Both the position numbers and the translations under genes were made by a program. A stretch of DNA of 64,000 nucleotides from Azolla caroliniana. Taxonomy: Eukaryota > Plantae > Polypodiophyta. The stretch is taken from assembly GCA_043228905.1 (NCBI GenBank), contig JBHGNT010000001.1:12772001-12836000 (forward strand), read 5' to 3'. Of this stretch, positions 37,323-49,216 are shown piece after piece. A model generated the notes under the pieces. That model saw only the letters and a program-made list of their open reading frames with translations, was not told where the DNA came from and did not search any database. Position 1 is the first letter of the stretch. The number at the start of each line of letters is the position of its first letter.

Positions 37323-38463
37323 AAGTCACCCTATCAATACATTGTACCAGAAAACTGAAAAACATCCACTTGGAGTTCACTATTAATTTTGATGATTGAC
37401 AAATGAATTGATATATTTCGTCTTTCTTCCAAAGTGTTTATGCCTCTCAACCACTTGTACTTATCTTTCATAATATATTAGCTGTTGTCAACAGGACTTG
37501 GATTTATTCATTGCCGATATTGCTCATGTTTCCTGATGTTATTTGAGCATAGGAGTTTTGCAGAGCCATGTTAAAATGAGTAAAAATATTGTATAAGAGT
37601 TGGTGTGTCCTCTGTTGGCACATAAATTTGCTCTTCTTTTGCTACCAAGAGAAGATTGTTAGTTGAATTCATTAAAGACTTTAATATTGTAAGATTTTCT
37701 ACTGTAAGTTCATTCTTCAAAGGGGGCGATGAATTCTGGGAAGACAACAAAGAAAATTATTCTCTCAGAATCCTTTTTTGTTTCATGATATGTCCTGTGA
37801 AGCCATCTGAGTTTTAACTTCTTGTATATAAGTCCTGAATATCCAGGCTATGGATTTTAAAGTACAGACCTTCCTTTCCTTAACAAAATAATCCAACTCC
37901 TGAAACAATAATTTGTGATAGCTCAAAAAGGTAAGTGTTTCCTTACTATTGTTAGTGGATGGTTCATCCTTTGGGATGATATCATCAAAATATGGGCCAC
38001 ATTGCTTCAACAATTTGCACACATTCTGGTTACCCTCCAAATGGGATTGATGAAACAGTCTATACTTCAGTATATCTTCAATAACACCCGATATTTTCTG
38101 TTTCTCATCATCAACACCTGAAAACCTAAATTTTCCTAGCAAGCTAAGAAGACTTTCAAGCATTTTATCTACAATAGACTGAAAGACTTTGCGAGGATTA
38201 GGAGATGATCTCAAAAAAGAAACAAAACGTTGTAAAATAAGAATACTTAGATCAAAAAGTATATTCCCATTGTTTTTGATATATGTTGACGAGCAAAATA
38301 CAGAAGCAATCCTTAAACATGAACTTGATTTCACACTGGTATAACTATTTCAGATTCATGAACTGGATTTTTGACATTGGCAATTGAAACAGTATTTTGG
38401 TATCCAAATAGTTCAATTTCAGACATCACTAACAACTAAAGTTCAAGTACAATCGAAAGACAA

Positions 38464-41400
38464 TCAGGCACTAGAGGGTAACTTGGCCGATCTTGTAATG
38501 CGCTTGTTGTTGGTGCCAAATTTTTCTGATTTTACATTCTTCTTTATCTTAAAGCCTTTAGGTATGAGCTGACTAAGTGGCACTTCATCATCAGAGGCAT
38601 CAGAGACAGGCGTGGATGCGCAGGCACCTTGTACTAGTGGCAAGCTTGAGAGAGCAACTGCAACTGCAATGCTTGTACACAAATCCACAAAGGTGCTGTC
38701 GATAGACAAATTATCACTCATCTCCTGAATGCTTGTACTCCTAGCGATCTTTATTGCCCTATCATCATCACTAATGCCTATACACTCGTTCTTATTAGAC
38801 TCCTGTATGTGGACCGTGGCAGTAGCCATGGTCAACTCCTCTTGTACGGTGGATGTCACCTCATTCTTAAGACAACGTGTACCTGCTTGGGTGGTCGTTA
38901 TTGCCTGGTCCTCTTGGGTGATGCTAGTATGCTCGCTCTGAGTACAATCAAGCCCACCTTCATTAGTAACGTTGTTCGCTCTACACTCCTCATGGGATTC
39001 TGTACAATCAGGCTTATATTCAGGGAAAGCGATGTTCTTTCCACGATCCTCATGGGCTTCACAAGACACTACTAGCACATTCTCAGTACAATCAAGCTCC
39101 TCTTCATTACTAGCAATGTTCTTTCCATGATCCTCATGGGAATCTTTAGACAGTACTAGCACATTATCAGTACAATCAGTCTTCTCTTCAGCACTTGCCA
39201 CATTATCAGTACAATCAGTCTTCTCTTCAGTACTTGCCATATTCTTTCCACACTCTTCATGGGCTTCAATCTTCTCTTCAGTACTTGCCATATTCTTTCC
39301 ACACTCTTCATGGGCTTCAATCTTCTCTTTAGTACTTGCCATATTCTTTCCACACTCCTCATAGGCTTCTTTAGACATAGTGTTGTTTGTACATGCCAGC
39401 TGCTCTTCACATATGAATGCTTCGTTTTTCTCACAATCCTCATGTGTGGAAGATGTGCTTCCAGAGTTTGCCTCCTTGCAAAGGTTAATTTGATTCTGAC
39501 TCTGATGGGAATCTGACTCTGCACTTGTGCTCCATGAAGTTCCCGATTCATTTGATTGCAGTTGGGAATCAGACTGCTCTTGTAAACCTAATTAATGGGA
39601 TTCCAAAGAATATTGGTATCAACTCACATACTCAAAAGTTTGCAAACAATGAACATAGGGTTTAGGGCCACATTTTTACCTAATGTTACATCGTCATAAT
39701 TTATAGCCGTAGATACCCCATTGCAAGTGGTGGGCTCGGTCATCTTCTCCACAACATCTAGGTGCTCAACAGTGTTGTTATGATCTATAATAACAACAAA
39801 AATAGGGTTGTTATGAGCTAAATCATTGTTTTCAAAGTCTGGCTTTTGACGTGTACCTGGGAGTGTGATAAATTCATCTTCATGATCAGGTTTTGGACTC
39901 GTATCTCCGTCACCAAATATCATTTCATCATCAGCTAGTAACACAAGTACATGGTATTAGACAATGGATTAGGTTGACAATGCTCCAGACAGGTCAGAAC
40001 TTATATGACTCACCATTGCATTCAACTTTGCCTTTCTTGCCGTTTCCATACAACATTCTTGCAACATTTCTCTTCTTACTGGGCTCTATTTGTAAAGAAA
40101 CTGCATTTCTCTTCTTAGTGGGCTCTATTTCTTGATGTTGACCGGAGCTTGGGGAATTTGTTTGTAGAAGCATATTTTCCACTGCTTCAATGTCCCTTCT
40201 CATACATTCATCCTCATCATAAAAATCATAGGTTATTGGTAATGATGGTCCCTGAACCTTGGAATGTGCAGCAGATATTGAGGGTTTAGGCATAGGGGCT
40301 GGTTGTTCCATTACCTTCCCTGGCGTGGAGTTGCTTGACACTACAACATTCATTGCAAGAAACAAAAAAACCTTGAATGTTAGTACCATCATCTAAAATA
40401 TATAATGTAGGTCACAAGAGCTACTTCCCATTTTACACAATGTACCAATCATGAACAATGTACTACTCACATAGTTCCTAAATTACTGAACTAGTACTAA
40501 TAAGGAACACTGTACTGCTCACTTAGTTCCCAATTTACACGATTAGTACTAATCATGCACAATATACACAAGTAGTACTAATCATGCACAATATACACAA
40601 GTAGTACTAATCATGCACAATATACTACTCACTTAGTTACCAAATTACACAAGTACTAATCCCGAAAAATGTACCACTGACTTAGTCAAATTAATAAGTA
40701 GTACTAATCTTGAACAATGTACTACTCACTTATTTCCTAAATCACTGAACTAGTACTAATCCCGAACAATGTACTGCTCACTTAGTTCCCAATTTACACA
40801 AGTAGTACTAATCATGCACAATATACTACTCACTTAGTTACCAAATTACACAAGGAGTACTAATCCCGAACAATGTAATGCTCACTTAGTTCCCAATTTA
40901 CACAAGTAGTACTAATCATGCACAATATACTACTCACTTAGTTAGCAAATTACACAAGGAGTACTAATCCCGAATAATGTACTGCTCACTTAGTTCCCAA
41001 TTTACACAAGTAGTACTAATCATGCACAATATACTACTCACTTAGTTACCAAATTACACAAGGAGTACTAATCCCGAACAATGTAATGCTCACTTAGTTC
41101 CCAATTTACACAAGTAGTACTAATCCCGAACAATGTACCACTGACTTAGTCAAATTACACAATTAGTACTAATCCTGAACAATGTACTACTCAACAATGT
41201 ACCACTGACTTAGTCAAATTACACAATTAGTACTAATCCTGAACAATGTACTACTCAACAATGTACCACTGACTTAGTCAAATTACACAATTAGTACTAA
41301 TCCTACAAAATGTACTACTCACTTATTTTCTAGATTACTGATCTAGTACTAATAAGGTACAAAACTAGTACTAATAAGGAACAAAGTACTACTCAGTTCC

Positions 41401-43363
41401 CAAATTACAAAACTAGTATTAATAATGAGCAATGTACTAGTAACTTAGTTCACAAAGTACAGAACTAGTACTAATCATGAACCATGTAGTACTTACTAAG
41501 TACTAATCCAACAAATGTAGATTGGTATTTTGCACACAAGTAATACTAAACATGATATGTGTTCTACACACCTAGTTACATAACTTGTACTAATTACACC
41601 AACAATATTAATCTTGAACAGTATTAGTACTAAACGTGATATGTGTTTGACACACCTCATTTCCAAATTACAATAGTTGTACTATTATTCAACAATTTAC
41701 TATACACCTTGTTCCCAAATTACATTACTAGTACTAATTCCCAAGTTACACAAACAATACTAACAGTCAACGGTGTACTATAAGTATAGTGTTTACTAAA
41801 CTAATACTAGGCAAGTTGCAATATAGATTGGACGATGTTGTACCTGGTTCCCTTTTAGTACTACTAATTTTGGAAAATATCCCTTCAACTACACATACCA
41901 ATTATATATTAAGAGTACTGCCAATACTAACCCACATAATTAAGGTTCCACATAATAGTTGTTAGAGATTACACTAAATTTGAAGTATGAATTGTGGCAT
42001 ACACTAGTTCTAGTCCAAATGTTAATTGACATCATATAATACAAACAATAGAATAGTAGAGCCACATACCATACGGGTGTACTTTTAAACCCCAAGCATA
42101 GTACCACTCAGCCGCAATTGTAGTTTTACAGTCCATACATGTATTCTCTTTCTCAAAATGATACTTAGCACATAGCACATGATATGTGTGCAAGCATGGT
42201 GTAATCACAACATCCATAGCCTCCAGCTTGAATCCGAGGCCACAAAATATACACCTGGAAGATTGCAAACACAAGTTATAATATATTAGCTGCTCACTTA
42301 TTTATACCAAAGAAGTAGAAATAAATAACTTTTAAAGCCAATACCGTGATATAGCTATACTAATAATGGTACTTTCTATACCACTTGGGTGCTCAATTAC
42401 AGATGGACACAAAGTATCAAAACCATTTTGTTTTAAATCCTGCATCAAGCATACAAGGTTCTCAGAATGCAACTTTAAGGCTGACAACTTATTATCTATT
42501 TCTTCATGTGCATTCCTGCAAGTATCAAGGTCTCTCATTTGTGAACCTAATTGAGTGCCCATATTGTTCAGCTCTTTCTTCAACTCCTCTTTCAACACCT
42601 CACTTTCTGAATTTTGGATTGTCGATGCAATCCATTCATATGTAGTTTTTATTGAAGAAAATTTCTTTTCTGCCTGTATCTCAGCTGATTTAACTGCTTC
42701 CAAATCAGCAAGTAGTGTTTGTACTCTTGAGCTCATAGAAGCTATGCAACCAGCCATCATCTGTTCATGCTTTTCAGTCATTGTGGCCTGTACCTTTGCC
42801 TCTAGAACTTGGTGGACAAGTGTTATAGCTAGAATATCCACATGAGAGGTTCCAGATGACTTCAAGCCAGTGTTGGTACTGGAGGACCCTTTGTAATGTT
42901 CTGACCGGTGCCGATTAAAATCTTCCCAATTTACGTCAATGCCACCTTGAACTTCACATGCAAAAGCACGTGCAAAAACAGTACCCACCTCATTGTTAGT
43001 GATTTGATTTGTATCATAAACATGTTCGTATCTCGTCTTCAATAAATTCATGTATTCCCTCTTCAAACCACTTATGTGGAATCCTCGCCTTGTGTCGGGA
43101 TGTGCTGACCCCCAGGTTTTTAACAACCACTCTCTCAGCTCTGGATAAACGTCAGGTCGTGCTCGAAGGAAATAATTCCATCCAAGAGGTGTGTCTCGAC
43201 TGATGGAGTGGTACATCTTCTTTCTCTGTGTTGATGAATTCATCACCCTTTCTCTTGTGGGTGTCTTCTTGCTTTCTTTCATGGGTGTCCTTCTTCCTTC
43301 CTTCACTGGTGTCTTCACTTTCTCTTTCATCAATGTCTTCTTTATGGGTGTCCTTCTCGTCAT
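38464..43363 (-). CDS. Transposon accessory protein (~962 aa): basic TPxK repeats, coiled coil, RING-H2 finger, acidic repeats. Exons 43363-42345, 42254-42070, 40319-40014, 39934-39680, 39587-38464
   Basis: All four GT-AG introns are phase-compatible, giving 2889 nt (963 codons) with no internal stop seen. RING-H2: CIFC-x15-CLHTYHVLC-x10-CMDC. Confidence 0.75.
40430..41960. repeat. AGTACT-rich ~52-bp tandem repeat (104-bp dimer) in intron 2 of the accessory gene
   Basis: AGTAGTACTAATC recurs at 40801, 40905, 41009 and 41113, with degenerate copies on both sides. Confidence 0.85.
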
Positions 43364-44768
43364 TGTCCTAGTCAACACAATTCTCAGGGAATGAATATGC
43401 ATGTACTAGAAGAAAACTCAAGCAATTACCATCAACACATAGCAAATCATCACATTGCATGTACAAACCATGTCAAACACACAATAACCCTAAATAGTCG
43501 GAAAAAAACTCATCCATGTTAAACACACAGACAATAAAAACAGACGGATAGGAAAGTCAAAGAAAACGAAAACATTGTAAATCATCATAGCCAACTCCAT
43601 CACATCGCATGTACAAGCCATGTCAAACACACAAAAACCCAAAATAGTCAGAAAAATACTCATCCATGTCAAACTCACACAAAATAAAATAGATGGACAG
43701 GAAACAAGAACAAAACGAAAACATAGCAACTCATCATAGCCAACTCCATTTACGTTGCATGTACAAACATGTCTAACACACAACCACCTCAATCAAAATA
43801 TTGTCATACATTTTTAAATGAAACACAGAGAAACACATAGAAAACAAAAACATACCAGTTGGGCATGCAACACATAGACTATGAATAATCAAACCCTAAA
43901 AATGGCCATACACATGCAAATAAAAAACAGACAGACAGGAAACATTCAGAAAAAGAAAACATACTAGTTGGGCATGCAACACAGAGAATACCTGGAGGTC
44001 GTACAACTTGCAGAGATACCACACCGTGTTGATTTCGACACCTAGGGAGCACACCAAGCCTTCAAAATCACCTATATGCAAGAGGTTGTTGACGAGGCTG
44101 CTGCAGAGGAGACAAACGAGCATACACAAGGAAGGAAAATCAACAACACATACAACGAGCAGGGGAAACAAAAATCTTTGCGTATACAGAGTTTAGAGAT
44201 CGAACCTGGCACAGAGGGGAACACAAGAACAGCTACGCGGGGAAACAGAGAATCGAAGGTGGAGTGAGACAGAGAAACAGAAAGAAAGAAAGAAACAAAG
44301 CTTCGAAGGTGGAGTGAGAGAGAGAAAGAGAGAGATAGACCTGTAATAGATATGTCATCTTTCTTTAACTTTCTGCCACTGTCTGTCTGACAACTTCAAG
44401 ACAGAAGAGAGAGAGAGAGAGTGAGAGAGAGAGAGACATACCAATTGACACGTTCGACTACCCATACCAGAGAGAGAGAGAGAGAGAGAGATACTGAGAC
44501 TGACCAACTGTCACAATGGATACCTTCTCCAGGTGTCCTTTCATACAACTCTACCTAGGAGACTCGGGCAACAATTAATGTATTAAATATGGCCTAGGGA
44601 AATTTCGAGTGTGACGTATAATATCTTTGTGCATTCGAGTGTGACGTAATGAATTTGTTTTTTGTTTTCTGAAATTTATTTACAATTTTTAATGTTTATT
44701 TTCTTCTTCGATTTAGTACTAAATTTTTGGCCAAAAGTTGGTACACCATAGCATGCTTCGACCCGAGG

Positions 44769-46808
44769 ATGTTCATCCTCGACTCCACTGATGGCGCTAC
44801 CGCAATGTTCACGAAGGGAAAAAAAACCGAGTCAGACATTGACTTGTGGCACAAGCGGATAGGCCACGTCAACCACCAGCGGCTTCAAGATCTGCAATCG
44901 AAACAGGTAGTGTTCGGATTGCCCAAATTTAGTGGCCGAAAGGCACAAATTTGTGAAGCCTGCCAGCTCGGGAAGCAACACCGACTTCCTTTCCCCAACG
45001 AGCGAAACCGGAGCCGGAACAAGCTTGAACTTATACACTCCGATGTATGGGGGCCGGCACAAAACGTTAGTCTTGGCGGGAGCCGATATTTCGTCTCCTT
45101 CATCGACAACCACACGCAGCACACGTGGATCTACCTCATTGAGAGGAAGAGCGAAGTCTTCGACTGTTTCCGGAACCTCAAAGGGTTCGTGGAAACGGAA
45201 ACGGGATGAAAGATCAAGTGTCTGCGGTCGGATGGCGGGAAAGAGTACTTTTCCGGTCAATTCAACGGTTACCTACAACAAATGGGAATTCGCTGCGAAT
45301 TCAGTTGTAGATACACGCCGGAGTAGAACGGCGTGGCCGAGAGGAAGAATCGGTCAGTTGTGGAAGCAGCACGGGCAATGCTAGAAGAGAAGAGCTTGCC
45401 CAAGTTCTACTGGGCTGAGGCGGTAAGGACCGCGGTATACATCCAAAACCGGATCGGAGACAAAGTGTCGGCGCATGAGCTATATTTCGGAATGAAGCCG
45501 AACTTGCGACACTTGAGGGTGTTCGGTAGCATTGCGTATGTGCATGTATCGAAGGAGAAAAGGAGGAAGTTGGACGCAAAGGCCGAGAAATGCATCTTGG
45601 TCGGTTACTCGGACGAGCAGAAGGGTTATAAGTGTTATAACCCTCGCACCAAACAAGCGCGTGTCAGCCGCGACGTTGTGTTTGACGAGTCCGCGTCCTG
45701 GTACCTGCCCCCGACTACGAACCCCGACTCCAATCCGAGCTCTGACGATGAGGTCAGCGAGGCCGAGATGCCTCTGGATGAGCCCAAAATCGAGACCTGC
45801 GAAGAGAGTCCGATTTCACTCCGGTTAAGTGGACCGCTTGGACGACTGAGTTGGTACGACCAGTCCGATGAAGATTCAGCGAGTAGTGGAGACTCGGCCG
45901 TGCATTCCCCGCGCAGGAAGCCGAGGAGACGGCTTACGCGCAAAGAGAAAGGAAAGAAGAAGGTGTCGGATTCCGGCACGGATAGGAACGAGTCAGACCA
46001 ATGCGAGTCCGACTCCGAGGGAACCGGTGACGGGTCTTTAAAGGTGAAGACCGCGTCGACTGAGAAGGCCTCGACATCGGCTAATGTGAGATTACGCCGA
46101 TCTACCCGCCAGAAGAATCTTGTTTTGCGGTTCGGATACAACGAGTACATGGCGCATCATTATGCGTACATGACCCGTGTAGCGGAAGTGCGTGAGCCGG
46201 AGAGCTACGCAGAAGCGGCTAAAAACGCGAATTGGCGTGCCGCGATGGAGGAAGAGATGCACGCATTGTTGGAGAACGAGACCTGGGACTTGGTTGACGC
46301 ACCAAGAGGGGTAAAACCGATCGGGTGTAGGTGGGTGTACAAGGTCAAGTACAACACCGATGGCTCGGTCAACCGGTACAAGGCTCGGCTAGTGGCAAAG
46401 GGCTACGCGCAGAGACACGACATCGACTACGATGAGACGTATGCGCCGGTCGCGAAAATGACGATCGTCCATGTTTTGCTCGAAGTAGCCGCGGCCAAGG
46501 GGTGGCACCTACATCAAATGGATGTAAAGAATGTGTTCCTGCAAGGTGACCATGAGGAACAAGTGTACATGGTACAACCCCCCGGATTTCACTCCGGAAC
46601 GAACTCCTCGGCAGTATGCAGACTGAAGAAGTCCCTTTACGGACTGAAGCAAGCCCCACGTGCTTGGAACGCGAAGATCATGCAACAACTACGTCGGATG
46701 GGCTTCGTCACGTCAAAATCAGACTCTTCCCTGTTCATCCGGAAAGGTCGACTCGGACCGGTTAGTATTCTACTATATGTCGATGACTTGGTCATCACCG
46801 GCGCCGAC
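44769..46808 (+). pseudogene. pol: Integrase and N-terminal RT of Copia H
   Basis: WHKRIGH, HSDVWGP, AERKNR, YKARLVAKG and LYVDD motifs. Stops at ~45207 and ~45324. Confidence 0.9.
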
Positions 46809-48428
46809 CTTTCCAATTGTTCCCACACTGGGAAGTCCTTATGTGCCGCATCAGGTGTTGTTTCGTTGGCTCCTTCGACGAAACTCTAGTAGCCATGCCC
46901 AAGCAAGTACTGGTGCATCTTATACAACCAAGATGCATAGTTGGATCTGTCGAGTTTCTCCACAGGGAGCGAGTTAGCCATCCCTCTACCCATCACTTCT
47001 TTGTCTATTGTTTTACGACATGTTAGGGTTTGCTTTCAAGCGTTTGTCGGCTGCAGAAGAGGTTCTCAACCCTCGCACTCTGATATCATGTCAACGATTA
47101 CATGCAAAAGCGTTAGAAAATAGAGAAATTAGGGAATAATCAAAGTACACGGGAGAGACAAAGAGAGCAGAACATAAAAGTTATATTCAAAAACAATATA
47201 ATCACTCTGTTAATACAACTATGCTCAGTAGCATTATTTATACAAGTCCTCGTGGGGCTGATAGAAGTACCGCATACTTCAATGCTCACACGAGCATCTG
47301 ACACTTACTACAAGACTATAATTGCCTAGTAGTCTACACTAATACTAGGCTTCCAGTTACTGATTGGATCCGGCTAACCGGCTCCCCAGCTCACCGGCTC
47401 TGTTGCTTGCCGGCTCGGTTGCTTGCCGGCTCGGTTGCTCACAGCTGACCGACCCATCTCGCTTGCCGGATCAGGCTTATTCAGTCAATCTGGCTCTAGT
47501 TGAGCTTGCCGCTCAACAATTTGTAAATAGTCCAAGTGTGCCCTTTGTGGGCCATACTTGTAAATAGCCAGAAAGTTGGTTTAGTATATAAACAACTAGG
47601 GAAAACTTTAAGTGAGGTAGTTGATCATTATTAGTTGTACAGTGACACAGATAGTAGTTGTCTTTGTAATTGTGTGTGTGTGTGAGAGAGAGTGTGTATG
47701 TAAGTGTAACTCTGTAACCGTCAGACAGACGAAGAAGATCTCAGGGTTGTTGCCTCCGAGTTCTTTATTGTACCACCTCTCTTATAGTGATCTGTTTGGA
47801 GTTAGTGGAATCCACGTGGTTTTTCCCGATTCAGGTTTTCCACATTAAATATCTCTATTTTCTCGTTTTCTATTTTTTCTTGTTGTTGCACTTTATCTCG
47901 GTCTTTGCACCCGGATACGTACGCACAACTGTCTGTGGCCGGTGCAGATTCTAACAAAGTGGTATCAGAGCGATGGAAGACTCGTTCAGTGGCATGCTCA
48001 AACTTACCAGCTCCAACTACTCAATGTGGAAGTCGAAGATGAGAGACATGCTTGTGTGCAAAGACCTCTAGCTGCCAGTGTAGTTCGGAGATAAAAGACC
48101 AGACAAGATTGATGCAGCGACTTGCGAAGTGTTGCATCTGAAGGCGACCACATATATAAGATGTTTTATAGACATGAGTCTGTACAACAACTTCGGTGAA
48201 GAAACAAAGGTTGATGTCCTATGGAAAAAGATTGGTGTGATGTTTGAAAACAAGAACGGCGTGAACAGAGTCTTAGTTTTCAGAAAAATCAAGACGACTC
48301 CAGCATGGCGGAGCATATTAATGCCTTCCAAGGACTGATGAACCAAACCACCTCTCTGGGAGTACCTCTTGCCAACGAGGTATTAGCACTATTGTTGCTA
48401 GGATCCCTTCCGGACAGTTGGGAAACAC

Positions 48429-49216
48429 TGTCATAGTGTATTTTGTACACTACGTGAAAAACGTATATAGTATTAGATTCAATAAATATGAAGAAATAGA
48501 AGAAAATATAAAAATATATATTACATGCATAGGGCAAGATTCGAACCTTGTAACTCCATGTTAATAATTTGGAGCCTTACCATTATACTAATACATCATA
48601 AGTGTTAAAAAACTAGATATCCCACATAGAAAGCTTAGCTCATGCATATTTTCTAGGAAAAAGGTTTAGTTACAAGAAAATGCATGATAAAAGGAAAAGC
48701 TACACATACACATCTAGTGTGCATGAACACTATAGTTCACAAAAAACGTATGATCACTTTTAGAAAAAGCATCTTAGAGAAAGCATATATTCTATTCATA
48801 GAGAAAGCATGGAGTCCATAGTTAGAGAAAAAGCATGGATTGCTAAGACTCTCTCTCTCTCATCACTATATAGGATGTGGAGCATAATGTAATAAGTAGA
48901 AAAATAAATAAATAAATAAATTATGGGGTGAAAATCTTTGGAAATTGGATATTTTTCTAAGTATCGATTAATAAACTATACTTGTGGGATTCACGAGGTT
49001 TCTATATTCTTCTCTTTCAATCTAAATTCATATCCTTATCTAAATATTGATTAATAAAATACATTATACTTGTGGGATTCACAAGTTTTCTATCTCTTTC
49101 TTATAATCTATTCATATTCATAAATAAACTTATCTCAAATTCTTCCTCTTCCTAGTCCAAAACCTCAACGGTTCCCACCCGACTCACGCAACGATCCAGC
49201 GCCGAAAGGCACGACA
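48429..49216 (+). mobile_element. Solo LTR (788 bp, AT-rich) related to the Trp-primed family, inserted in the gag of F
   Basis: TGTCA...CGACA termini. The host frame WET|LVVTLGN resumes afterwards. U5 TAGTCCAAAACCTCAACGGTTCCCACC resembles the B/C U5. Decayed 4-bp TSD ACAC/ATGT. Confidence 0.75.
48531..48592 (-). promoter_or_regulatory. tRNA-like Pol III A/B boxes in the solo LTR
   Basis: Minus strand TAGTATAATGGTAAGGC...AGGTTCGAATCTTGCCC. Confidence 0.6.

Larger units (their letters stand above)
31666..44764 (+). mobile_element. 13.1-kb cut-and-paste DNA transposon, Sola2-like, with two convergent genes
   Basis: 26-bp TIRs GGGTCGAAGCAYGCTAYGGTGTACCA (2 mismatches), 4-bp TSD GAGG (31662-65, 44765-68). 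Removing the element restores the Copia H reading frame. Confidence 0.93.
29855..46808 (+). mobile_element. Copia element H (3'-truncated), interrupted by the Sola2-like transposon
   Basis: 5' LTR 29855-30261, PBS TGGTATCAGAGC at 30262, gag-protease 30334-31665. The frame GRRDGR|MFILD resumes at 44769 and runs through integrase and RT to LYVDDLVITGADL. Confidence 0.9.
28458..47518 (-). mobile_element. Copia element G (internally deleted), inserted in the LTR of F
   Basis: LTRs 28458-28831 and 47089-47518, perfect TSD ATTTG, RNase H 29320-29850 (LSSTEAEY), gag start ~46810-46990. Confidence 0.9.

Noticed and set aside
37783-38334. 183-aa minus-strand ORF as a sixth exon of the accessory gene or a third gene
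   Set aside because: In frame with exon 5 but separated by several stops, with no strong donor site and no motif I recognise. Unresolved.
31666-44764. Host gene island or CACTA/Mutator/hAT element
   Set aside because: TIRs, a 4-bp TSD and a restored Copia frame show a single insertion. The termini and TSD length do not fit CACTA (3 bp), hAT (8 bp) or MULE (9 bp).
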